Below, piece after piece: positions 19,896 to 28,984 of a stretch of DNA of 39,521 nucleotides (positions within the stretch are counted from its first letter, which is position 1; the number at the start of each line of letters is the position of its first letter). The stretch is taken from sequence record SRR22947725_415, one strand, 5' to 3'. The notes beneath the pieces are model-generated. The model was not told the origin of the DNA and did not search any database. It saw only the letters and a program-made list of their open reading frames with translations. The position numbers were made by a program, and so were the translations under genes.

Positions 19896-20546
19896 ATGCG
19901 GGGAAAAATTTTAACCTTCTTCATTTCTGCCTTAGCTTTTATGCTAATGGCCCCGGTTACCTATGCCGATGTCATCTCCACAGACAATAGTGATCAAGGC
20001 TTTTACACCAGAGGTCAAGGAAACAGCTATTCTCTGAATACGGGAAGCATATTAGCAGATAAATTTAAAAACAGTGATTCCAATGCTTACTTCATATTCG
20101 ATCTAAGCCAATTAAGCGGTACAATCTTGAATGCTACTATCGACCTTTCTGGTGGTACCTTTACTGGCAACCCTACGTTAGAGCTTGTCCAAGTCAGTAC
20201 TGCTGTATCTTCATTAGGTGTTAACGACACAAACTTATTTCAAAATATTCACCAAGATTTGAGTAAAACTAGCTACTCAAGTACTTCCACTAATGGGGTT
20301 TTTACTTTAAATGACAAAGCTTTAGCTGATATTAATAATCTAATAATTAATAATGCCAACCCGCTATTTGCTATTGGTATAAATAACAAGACAAAAGACT
20401 CCTCTTGGTTCGCTGACCTTTCTACAGCCATAACACTGACAACAGCTACACCTGAAGCTCCTGAAATCATCATGTTGATTTTAGCTATTGGCCTGCTCTT
20501 TTGGTTTTATAACCATCAGAAAAAGCAACGCCCCGTTCACAGCTGA
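19896..20546 (+). CDS. Secreted Ser/Thr/Asn-rich protein with a PEP-CTERM-like sorting tail
   Basis: Signal peptide ending TYA-D; AYFIFDLSQL.GTI.NAT.DL motif typical of PEP-CTERM/DNRLRE-like surface proteins; C-terminal TPEAPE, then TM, then basic KKQR. Confidence 0.75.
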   Translation: MRGKILTFFISALAFMLMAPVTYADVISTDNSDQGFYTRGQGNSYSLNTGSILADKFKNSDSNAYFIFDLSQLSGTILNATIDLSGGTFTGNPTLELVQVSTAVSSLGVNDTNLFQNIHQDLSKTSYSSTSTNGVFTLNDKALADINNLIINNANPLFAIGINNKTKDSSWFADLSTAITLTTATPEAPEIIMLILAIGLLFWFYNHQKKQRPVHS

Positions 20547-20734
20547 CACTGACTGACAGTTTTCCCGACAACATATCTCCCAAAAATACTCAGTTCCCTG
20601 TATATCCTCCTCCAGAAAATTACTGGCCCAAAATCTGCGTCACTTTCCATCTACGAGCAAATAGGAACAAGCAAATTTTGCTATAGTAATACTGAAGGCA
20701 ATTTTAGTTTTAATGGAATTAAGTGAGTTAACCG

Positions 20735-22846
20735 ATGCAGATCAACGAAGATTTTTTACTTGACATACTAATGGAAAATGGCGTTCTCAATCAAGAAAGC
20801 TATGAAGCTGTCGTCGCCGCGTCACATGAACATCAACTTTCAGTGCCTAATACTATTGAAAAGCTCGGGATTATGTCAGCTGACGATGTTCTCATTATAC
20901 TCGCTGCAGAGTACGACTTGGAAACTGTCAAATTAGCTAACTTCAAAGTACCAAAAGAACTCTTGAAGCTCGTACCGAAAGATATCGCTCAGCGCTATAA
21001 TGTTATACCCATCGATTCAACCGATCATTCCATAACCATCGCTATGGCCGACCCAACTGATGTACAAGTCTTTGATGCATTGAGCCATCTTCTTGAAGTC
21101 GATGTACAAGGTGTCATCACCTCCATAGATGACATACAGGTCGCAATGGAAAAGTATTATTCTGATGAATTTGCAATAGATCAAGATTATGTGGATGAGT
21201 CTGTCACACATGTAACGTCATATGAAAATAACTCCTCACCGGGTGAGACATCTGGAGAAAATACCCCTCTCGTAGAACTTGTATCTATGATGATTGTCAA
21301 AGCGTATAAATCAGAAGCCAGTGATATACACTTAGAGCCCCTTGAGGAACAACTAAGAGTTCGTTACCGCATAGACGGCATGCTGCACGATGTCGATGAG
21401 CCCCCAAAAGAACTGCAGAACAACATTCTCAGCCGATTAAAAATCATGGCCAATATCGATATTACCGAAAAACGACTGCCTCAGGATGGTCGTATCAGTA
21501 TGCGTCTAAAAGAAGGCGACCTCGACCTTCGTGTTTCGACTGTACCGACAACTCACGGCGAAAGCATCGTTATGCGTATTCTCGATAAAACCAATATACA
21601 AATCGGCATACCAGAATTAGGCATGTTTGCTGATGACCAACAACTCATCGAACGCATTATTAATTATCCCGATGGTATTTTCCTCGTTACCGGCCCTACA
21701 GGTTCAGGTAAAACAACCTCACTCTATGCCTTTTTAAATACCCTCAATATGCCAGATCGCAAAATCATTACTGCCGAAGATCCAATTGAGTATGACCTCC
21801 AAGGTATAAATCAGTGCCAGGTTAATAATACCACCGGTATGACTTTCCCTAAAATTCTTCGCTCGATGTTGAGACAAGCGCCTAATATCATCATGGTAGG
21901 TGAAATTCGCGACCTTGAAACTGCCTCTATTGCCATCCAAGCTTCGCTTACTGGCCATATGGTCTTCAGTACTCTTCACACAAACGATGCCCCTAGTGCA
22001 ATTGCTCGACTCATTGATATCGGTGTTCAACCATTCCTCATAGCCTCGGCACTTAAAGCCGTCATGGCTCAACGACTTGTTCGACGCGTCTGTCAAGACT
22101 GTAAAGAAGCATATACTCCTACAGATATTGAATTAGAGTACCTTGAAATGAGTCGAAACAAAGAACCTGGACATCTACTACTTGTTGAAGATGACAAAGC
22201 TACACAAAGGCTTATGTCAAAGATACTGCACCGCAATGACTATAAAGTTAAAACTGCCAATAACGGTGTCGAAGCGCTAAAAGTCCTTGAAGAAGATATT
22301 GAAGGTAAAATTGATATCGTTATAACAGATCTAAATATGCCTCAAATGGATGGTTACACTCTAACTCAAAAACTTAATGATCTTTATCCACAGCTCCCTG
22401 TTGTCTTTATGTCTGGAGCCGAGCAGGATGAGATCGATAAGATGACTCAGTTGACCATCAAAGGCTGCCTTCTTAAGCCCATCAATTCACTCCACTTACT
22501 CAATACTCTCCAGCGTATCTACTCAAATGTTCTCAAGAGGAAACTAGAAGAAAGCACTTCTGATAATATTGACACACTCAACTGGTGTAAGGGTAAAGGC
22601 TGTCCAACCTGTGGCCATAGTGGCTATAAAGGCCGTGTTGGCATTTATGAGATATTTAATATTAATCCAGAAATCCAAGAGCTCATCTTCAAGACGGAAT
22701 CAACTGCTTATTTGCGTTCAAGAGCACGCGGCATGGGAATGCGCACCTTGCGTGATGACGGCATACGCAAAGCCACTAACGGCTTGACAACTATCGATGA
22801 AGTGATACGAATGACAGTAGACAATGAAGTGGAAAAATTTAACTGA
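20735..22846 (+). CDS. GspE/PilB family secretion/pilus ATPase with an inserted receiver domain
   Basis: ASDIHLEP, RYRIDG, RLPQDGR, Walker A GPTGSGKT, EDPIEY, LRQ.P.IIMVGEIRD, TGH.VFSTLHTND, Cys4 CQDC...CPTC, GYKGR. Confidence 0.95.
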   Translation: MQINEDFLLDILMENGVLNQESYEAVVAASHEHQLSVPNTIEKLGIMSADDVLIILAAEYDLETVKLANFKVPKELLKLVPKDIAQRYNVIPIDSTDHSITIAMADPTDVQVFDALSHLLEVDVQGVITSIDDIQVAMEKYYSDEFAIDQDYVDESVTHVTSYENNSSPGETSGENTPLVELVSMMIVKAYKSEASDIHLEPLEEQLRVRYRIDGMLHDVDEPPKELQNNILSRLKIMANIDITEKRLPQDGRISMRLKEGDLDLRVSTVPTTHGESIVMRILDKTNIQIGIPELGMFADDQQLIERIINYPDGIFLVTGPTGSGKTTSLYAFLNTLNMPDRKIITAEDPIEYDLQGINQCQVNNTTGMTFPKILRSMLRQAPNIIMVGEIRDLETASIAIQASLTGHMVFSTLHTNDAPSAIARLIDIGVQPFLIASALKAVMAQRLVRRVCQDCKEAYTPTDIELEYLEMSRNKEPGHLLLVEDDKATQRLMSKILHRNDYKVKTANNGVEALKVLEEDIEGKIDIVITDLNMPQMDGYTLTQKLNDLYPQLPVVFMSGAEQDEIDKMTQLTIKGCLLKPINSLHLLNTLQRIYSNVLKRKLEESTSDNIDTLNWCKGKGCPTCGHSGYKGRVGIYEIFNINPEIQELIFKTESTAYLRSRARGMGMRTLRDDGIRKATNGLTTIDEVIRMTVDNEVEKFN

Positions 22847-22854
22847 TCATTTAA

Positions 22855-24075
22855 ATGAAAATATCTTCTCTTTTTTTGGGCAATGAGCTTCTCAATGGCC
22901 AAACAACCAATGTAAATATCATTACTCTTGGTAATGCCCTCAATGATAATGGCTATATCCTGGATGGTTCACAGACCCTCAAAGACTCCATGGAAGATAT
23001 TCAAACCAGCATTAAGCGTCACCTTGGTGATAGCGATGTATTGGTTATCTGTGGCGGTCTTGGCCCGACAGAAGATGATATTACCAGAAAAGCCGTAGCC
23101 CAAACCATAGGCTTAGAAACAGGCTTCTCGGAAGAAGTCTGCAAAGGACTCAGAGCTTATATGAAAGCCAAAGGTAAAACTCCGAATGAGGAGTATTACC
23201 AGAAACAAGCTGAAGTTATTATTGGAGCCGACATTCTCGAAAACTTTGTCGGGTTAGCCCCTGGCCTCTACTGCCAGTCTGAAGGCACAGATATCTTTCT
23301 CCTCCCTGGTCCTCCTCGCGAATTTCGCCCCATGGTCGAGAAAACTTTAATTTCATTTTTACAAAAAAAATCTCCTGCCGAAAACCAAGCCCTACTCTTT
23401 CACCTTATGGGGCTTTCTGAGACTCGAGTCGAGAATGCTCTACAGCCCTTCCTAAAGAAATACCCCTTTATTACACCAGCATACTGCGCTAATCTTGGTC
23501 ATGTCAAAATGACGATTAACTACCCTGCCAATAAGCAAAACCTTAAAAAGGGTTTCATAAAAGAAGTCAATGATATTTATGGCAATCATATCGTCAGCTC
23601 TGAAGAGATGATGCAGGACATAGCCGATCTCCTCAATGCAAAAAATTTAAACCTTGCGACTGCCGAATCATGCACTGGTGGCGGCATTGGCCACGCCATA
23701 ACTTCATATGCAGGATCCTCTACCTTTTTCATGGGCAGTATAAATTCTTATGCCAATGAGTGGAAAATGAATTTACTTAAGGTCAGTGAAAAAACCTTGC
23801 TTGACCATGGAGCTGTTAGTGAGGAATGTGCACGGGAAATGGTGAGTGGGCTTTGCCAGAACTACTCCACTTCTTGTGGTATCTCGGTCACCGGCATTGC
23901 TGGTCCTAGTGGCGGCACCCCTGATAAGCCTGTTGGCTTAGTCTATATAGCCACCAAAGTCAATGAGGACATAAATATCAGTCGTCATACATTTGGGGGA
24001 AACCGCAAGGAAGTCCGCGAACAAACTGTTCGTTATGCCCTTAATCAACTTCGCCTCCAACTGATACAAAAATAA
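22855..24075 (+). CDS. cinA: CinA (competence/damage-inducible; MoCF-like domain plus NMN deamidase PncC)
   Basis: GNELL.G.T.N.N, GGLGPTEDDITR, LPGPPRE, TAESCTGG, GAVSEE.A.EM, TGIAGP.GG..KPVG. Confidence 0.95.
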   Translation: MKISSLFLGNELLNGQTTNVNIITLGNALNDNGYILDGSQTLKDSMEDIQTSIKRHLGDSDVLVICGGLGPTEDDITRKAVAQTIGLETGFSEEVCKGLRAYMKAKGKTPNEEYYQKQAEVIIGADILENFVGLAPGLYCQSEGTDIFLLPGPPREFRPMVEKTLISFLQKKSPAENQALLFHLMGLSETRVENALQPFLKKYPFITPAYCANLGHVKMTINYPANKQNLKKGFIKEVNDIYGNHIVSSEEMMQDIADLLNAKNLNLATAESCTGGGIGHAITSYAGSSTFFMGSINSYANEWKMNLLKVSEKTLLDHGAVSEECAREMVSGLCQNYSTSCGISVTGIAGPSGGTPDKPVGLVYIATKVNEDINISRHTFGGNRKEVREQTVRYALNQLRLQLIQK

Positions 24076-24158
24076 CCAAGTTATTCTCCGGCTAAATCAG
24101 CCCGAGATATTTATTCAAATCAGACTTTTTTATATCCTATAAAGGAATCTTACGGGAG

Positions 24159-24187
24159 ACTTACTTGAGAATTGCGATCAAGTAAGT
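24159..24187. promoter_or_regulatory. Perfect 10-bp inverted repeat upstream of the esterase gene
   Basis: ACTTACTTGA-N9-TCAAGTAAGT. Confidence 0.5.
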
Positions 24188-24226
24188 TGTGTCGTTGGAA
24201 AACATTATTTAACAGGAACTCAAAAA

Positions 24227-25105
24227 ATGTCTCGAATATTATTCATTCTCGCTCTTTGCTTCTTATGCTTCACTACTCTTGCTGAATCGCCACAAAGAGA
24301 ACCCTTATGGCCAAAGGGTGCCCCAATGGCCAAAGGGAAACACCCTGTCAATGATACGCCAGCTATCACTATTTATTCTCCCAAAAAAGAAATGAACAAA
24401 AGAGCGGCTATTATCATTTGCCCAGGAGGAGGCTATGGGGGCCATGCCATAAACCATGAAGGCCACCAAATAGCACAATGGCTCAATACTATCGGAATTA
24501 CCGGTGTCATTGTCGAATACCGCATGAAACGCGGCGGTTACCAACACCCCGTTCCTTTAATGGATGCTCAAAGAGCGATACGCACTATCCGTCATCGCGC
24601 TAAAGTACTCGATATCAATCCAGACAAAATTGGCATACTGGGCTTTTCTGCTGGTGGCCACTTAGCATCAAGTACCGGCGTTCATTTTGAAACTGTCAAA
24701 CCAAATGCTAACGACCCAATAGACAAACTCAGTAGTCGCCCCGATTTCATGGTGCTGTGCTACCCCGTCATCGCTTTTGATGAGGAGTATACCCATAAAG
24801 GATCTCAATATAATCTTCTCGGAAAAGATGCTCCTAAAACACTGGTCAAAAAAATGTCAACTGAAAAGCAGGTCAGTAAAAACACTCCTCCAACTTTCCT
24901 CTTTCACACAGATGAAGATGGCCCCGTACCAGCTGAAAATAGCGTGCAGTTTTACCTCGCACTTCGCAAAGCCAAAGTCCCGGCAGAAATGCATATCTAC
25001 AAGAAAGGGGGACATGGAGTCGGCCTAGGCCTAAGAGTTCCCGGTACAAAAGAATGGTCGAAGGCCTGTGAAGCCTGGTTACGTAGCCAAGAGTTCATCA
25101 AGTAA
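24227..25105 (+). CDS. Secreted alpha/beta hydrolase (acetyl/feruloyl esterase-like)
   Basis: Signal peptide, CPGGGY, GFSAGG nucleophile, D..VP, GGHG. Confidence 0.92.
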   Translation: MSRILFILALCFLCFTTLAESPQREPLWPKGAPMAKGKHPVNDTPAITIYSPKKEMNKRAAIIICPGGGYGGHAINHEGHQIAQWLNTIGITGVIVEYRMKRGGYQHPVPLMDAQRAIRTIRHRAKVLDINPDKIGILGFSAGGHLASSTGVHFETVKPNANDPIDKLSSRPDFMVLCYPVIAFDEEYTHKGSQYNLLGKDAPKTLVKKMSTEKQVSKNTPPTFLFHTDEDGPVPAENSVQFYLALRKAKVPAEMHIYKKGGHGVGLGLRVPGTKEWSKACEAWLRSQEFIK

Positions 25106-25111
25106 AGAAGG

Positions 25112-25297
25112 ATGACTATGCAAGATAACAGTAATGATAACCCGGTAGAAATCTTTCAAAATGAAGGCTTCTGGGTTGCCCGGCATAGAGACTTTCCTGA
25201 ATTCACCGGAGCCGGAGATACCGCCGATGAAGCGGTGTTTGAATTGATGTCAGTTTTAGAAAATCAGCAGCCCGGCTTAGATGACCAAGTCTGTTAG
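25112..25297 (+). CDS. Small HicB-like (N-terminal antitoxin fold) protein
   Basis: EGFWVARHRDFPEFTGAGDT.DEA..EL resembles the HicB pattern G.Y.A..PD.PG....G.T.EEA; GAAGGA RBS. Confidence 0.6.
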   Translation: MTMQDNSNDNPVEIFQNEGFWVARHRDFPEFTGAGDTADEAVFELMSVLENQQPGLDDQVC

Positions 25298-25354
25298 TTT
25301 TTAAGAGAGCCATTTCCTAATTCAAGATTTGGAGTAGAATTGCCTATTTAAAGT

Positions 25355-26476
25355 TTATGCCTTCACCACTTTTGAACATAAGGCCTGAATGGCAATTAAG
25401 GGCAAGCTCATAAAAAACTTAACCCGATGAAACCGACCCGTCTTAAAAGCGGCAAGGTGCTCCCCTGTCATTCGCCTTAGCATCTGACTTCGACTTAAGA
25501 AGAATTTCATAAAACTGCGATTGAGGAATTTATAGGAGGTGCGGCTTATATGGGCTTCTTGAACAATTTGACGAAACTCCTGTCGCCATCGAGTGTTATA
25601 ATCCTCATTATTCTTAAGGCATTCTGCAAAAAGCCACGATGAATAAATGGCATAGTAAATCCCCTCGCCAGTTATAGGCTCTGCTAAAGCCGCCGCATCC
25701 CCTACTAAAGCCCAACTATCGCCAGCGATCTGATGTCTCTTTAAATCTGAGCGTTGTAAAGATGGAATAAGCGCACTGCGTTTTTTAATAACTTCAGATT
25801 CTGGGACATTAAAACGCGCTAAATAATCATCTAAAAGCTTCATCCTATGTCCCTGATCATCGTCAAAATCAATAATACCAATAGAACAATTCTGCTCACG
25901 AGGGAAGACCCAAAGATAACCATTGAGCTTTTTATCAAAACCAATATGAAGAGGTAAGCCGGGGTGGCTGACTAAATAATCAATGGCTTTAAAATATGAT
26001 TGCCGCGGTAGCTTCGCCGCCAATTTATTTCGCACTCGAGAAACGGCGCCATCTGCTCCCAGAATATAATCTGCCACTAACTCTTGCTGATCTGTTTTAA
26101 CCAACCAACCCTTATCAACTTTGTGACAATCTTTAAAGGTTTCTTTCAAATAGGTAACCCCACAAGAAAGGGCTTTTTCAAAAATATGCTGATCGTGATT
26201 CTGGCGCGAAAAAACACCCATCCCCTTAGGCATATTAATAGAGCAAAGATCATCGCCATCAAAAGCAAAAACCATATCTTCTAAAAGGGTTTCTGCTGGT
26301 TTAAAGTCAGTGTAAAACTCGGGGAAACGCTGTAGACATTTTGCAGGGACGCCGCCACCGCAAGTCTTTTCATTTGGGCCTTTAGAGTCAATCAGAATAA
26401 TTTCATGACCGTCTTTTGCCAAAAAGTATGCCGCACTACTACCGGCTGGACCGGAACCTATAATTACAACTTTCAT
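25355..26476 (-). CDS. Geranylgeranyl-reductase family FAD-dependent oxidoreductase
   Basis: GSGPAG, EKTCGGG, GADG..S.VR, GYLWVFP, LVGDAA...P.TGEGIY.A. Confidence 0.92.
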   Translation of the reverse strand: MKVVIIGSGPAGSSAAYFLAKDGHEIILIDSKGPNEKTCGGGVPAKCLQRFPEFYTDFKPAETLLEDMVFAFDGDDLCSINMPKGMGVFSRQNHDQHIFEKALSCGVTYLKETFKDCHKVDKGWLVKTDQQELVADYILGADGAVSRVRNKLAAKLPRQSYFKAIDYLVSHPGLPLHIGFDKKLNGYLWVFPREQNCSIGIIDFDDDQGHRMKLLDDYLARFNVPESEVIKKRSALIPSLQRSDLKRHQIAGDSWALVGDAAALAEPITGEGIYYAIYSSWLFAECLKNNEDYNTRWRQEFRQIVQEAHISRTSYKFLNRSFMKFFLSRSQMLRRMTGEHLAAFKTGRFHRVKFFMSLPLIAIQALCSKVVKA

Positions 26477-26506
26477 ATCACCTTAGCGCATTCAAAAATG
26501 AACCAT

Positions 26507-26539
26507 AAAAAAGGGCCTTGCTCAATAAGAACAAGGCCC
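26507..26539 (-). terminator. Intrinsic terminator of the PQQ-propeller gene
   Basis: GGGCCTTG...CAAGGCCC hairpin with a T-tract on the minus strand. Confidence 0.8.
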
Positions 26540-26555
26540 GAAAATAAAAAAACTC

Positions 26556-27869
26556 TTATTTGCTTATGCAGTAGAGTTTAGTTTCAGTGCGAATAAATAG
26601 CTGATTACCAACACAGGCTATACTGGCACGAGCGGCAGCGACATCTTCACCGCCGACGTTATTTTCGGCTAAGAGCTTACCATTTTCGGCATCGAAAACA
26701 ATCACTTGGCCGGCATGGTTCATCAAGTAGAGCTTGCCATCAACCCCTAAAGGCGAAGAACGGTACTTCGATAGACCTGGGGTTGCCACGGTCCACTTGA
26801 CCGCACCCGTAAGAGGATCCACTTTACTCAATGAACGGCGAACGTCACTTAAAATATAAAAATGATTTTGGTAATACAATGGTGTCGGCACATCTGAAGT
26901 GACTTTACCACGCTCTTCACTTTTCCACAAAAGCTTAGTGCTCATATCGGCCGCAACTTGAACGGCATATACCGGAGCTTTTTTAGGAGCACATACAATG
27001 AAGGTATTCTCCGGGCCCGCACAATGACTCGGGACTAAACGCCACCACTGTTCGCGGTGATTCTTATTCCATGTTCCCCAACGCCAGAGCTCTTTGCCGC
27101 TTTCCGGATCATGGCCCGTTATATAGTCGCCACCGGCTAAAACCATATGAATTTTGCCGTGCACTTTTTGAGGAATAATTGTTGTAAACGCTTCCAAAGA
27201 TTCCTTTTTGGCATCCGATGGGCGAAAATGCTTCCAAATCTTCTTTCCTGAAACTAAATCGTAGCACAGAATAAATGATTTATTATCATCTTTACCACGG
27301 CCATGAACCACTTCGTTCCTTTGTAAGATTGGCAGATAAAGCTTACCTTCGTAAACAGTAGGCGTTACAGAGAAAGTCCATTGACAACTAAAGTCGCCTT
27401 CTTCTTTTTGAATATTATGACGCCACTTTTCATTACCCTGGAAATCATAACAGACCAAATCGCCATTACCAAAAAAACAAACGACGAGCTTACCGTCAGT
27501 CGCGACAGATGGCGAGGCATAATTACTCCGTGAATCAATTTGCACCGGGCTACCGGCGCCATTGGGTTGATAACCACTACCCGCATTTTTACGCCAGAGT
27601 TCTTTACCGCTTTGTCGATCAATACAGAGAATGTGCAACTGTTCTTTCTTCATATCTGCAGCAGTCAGAAAAATGTGATTGCCACTAATGACTGGTGTCG
27701 AAGCCCCAGTACCTTTTAAGTCCGCAGACCATTTCACTTTGTCAGTGGATGAAAAATTTACCGGAATATTTTTACCGGAAGTTGAGCCATCAAAATTAGG
27801 TCCACGCCAATTGGACCAATCTTGTGCAAACATGGTGGTTGATATAAATAACAGCAGAACTCTTAGCAT
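26556..27869 (-). CDS. PQQ-binding-like beta-propeller repeat protein (secreted)
   Basis: DW.NWRGP..DG start, repeated G.ELWR/GK.IWK blades, C-terminal LFIRT...LYCI. Confidence 0.92.
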   Translation of the reverse strand: MLRVLLLFISTTMFAQDWSNWRGPNFDGSTSGKNIPVNFSSTDKVKWSADLKGTGASTPVISGNHIFLTAADMKKEQLHILCIDRQSGKELWRKNAGSGYQPNGAGSPVQIDSRSNYASPSVATDGKLVVCFFGNGDLVCYDFQGNEKWRHNIQKEEGDFSCQWTFSVTPTVYEGKLYLPILQRNEVVHGRGKDDNKSFILCYDLVSGKKIWKHFRPSDAKKESLEAFTTIIPQKVHGKIHMVLAGGDYITGHDPESGKELWRWGTWNKNHREQWWRLVPSHCAGPENTFIVCAPKKAPVYAVQVAADMSTKLLWKSEERGKVTSDVPTPLYYQNHFYILSDVRRSLSKVDPLTGAVKWTVATPGLSKYRSSPLGVDGKLYLMNHAGQVIVFDAENGKLLAENNVGGEDVAAARASIACVGNQLFIRTETKLYCISK

Positions 27870-28027
27870 TGCCCATTTCCTTTCAACTTGATTTACAATT
27901 CTTTAGGATACCATAAAGATAAAATTCTTACACGGTAGAAAAGAACTTTTTGAGTTGTCAAAAGCTCCTTTCACCGAATTCTGTCATTAAATCTAGAAAA
28001 CTCTTAAGGTCTCTCGTTTAAAGACAC

Positions 28028-28858
28028 TTATTTTTTCGTTTCTTTTTTATCTCCAATTGCCCAAAGAAGCCCACCTAAGATATGCTTCCGGCCAAAATCA
28101 TTATTGGTCGAACGCTTATCGTGGCCAATCGCTGTATAAAAGAAGCGACCGCCGTTATATTCTCTCGTCCAACTTATGGGATGGTCTTTACCCATTGCCT
28201 TACCGCCTTTTTTCTTAAAAAAAGGCCTGACAGGATCATAACTATTTTCATCAACTCGCAAAAGGACATTTACTCCCGACAAGCCAGTGACGGACTTGGT
28301 ATAATTAAGCCACTCAGCAGAATACTCAAATGACCCTTTTCGACCTCCAGCAGCAGGATGTCCTTCTGCTTTTGGGTCAACGACCAAAGTTGACTTCGTA
28401 TGTAAAGAGTCGCTATCAAAACCACAACCAGCTAAATCCGTGAACCAACTCCAGTGATCGTGATGAACTAAGGCCGCATGGAGCCCTACTAAAGCCCCTC
28501 CTCGTTCAAACCAATTTTTAAAATCAGCTTTTTGCTTATCATCGAGGGAAACGCCAATATCCGTGGTGCTCGACAAAATCACGGCATCGTATTTCATTAA
28601 ATTTTTAATATTGATATCTTTACTGCTCTCACTAAGGTCCACCTGAATCTTATGCTTCCCGAGAAAGCGCGTTAACCAGCCCGAAAGCTCTGGTATTTGG
28701 GGATGGCGATACCAAGATGTTTTACTCCATAAAAGAACCCGGTACTGCATACCTTCATCATCGACATCAGTATTAAACGCAGGCTTCTCTGCGTCTGCAT
28801 AGGCTCCGGGAATAAGTAAACACAGAATAAAAAAAGTTTTCAAAATAATAGAACGCAC
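28028..28858 (-). CDS. ThuA-like domain protein (secreted)
   Basis: VLLWSKT.WYRH, GG.LVGLHAA, E.W.NY, DHPISW....GGR.FYTAIGH; probable GTG start at 28858 after AGGAG. Confidence 0.88.
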   Translation of the reverse strand: MRSIILKTFFILCLLIPGAYADAEKPAFNTDVDDEGMQYRVLLWSKTSWYRHPQIPELSGWLTRFLGKHKIQVDLSESSKDINIKNLMKYDAVILSSTTDIGVSLDDKQKADFKNWFERGGALVGLHAALVHHDHWSWFTDLAGCGFDSDSLHTKSTLVVDPKAEGHPAAGGRKGSFEYSAEWLNYTKSVTGLSGVNVLLRVDENSYDPVRPFFKKKGGKAMGKDHPISWTREYNGGRFFYTAIGHDKRSTNNDFGRKHILGGLLWAIGDKKETKK

Positions 28859-28946
28859 GTATAACTCCTTGATTTTTAATACTAAAAGTAACAAAAAATC
28901 TCACTAAAGTATAGAACTTTTGAATCACGGATTAGAGGTATTCATG

Positions 28947-28976
28947 CAAAAAGCACCCTTTCCTAAAAAAGGGTGC
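28947..28976 (-). terminator. Intrinsic terminator of the rtcB2-prfH operon
   Basis: GCACCCTTT-N6-AAAGGGTGC plus T-tract on the minus strand, 9 nt after the prfH stop. Confidence 0.85.
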
Positions 28977-28984
28977 CCTCCACT

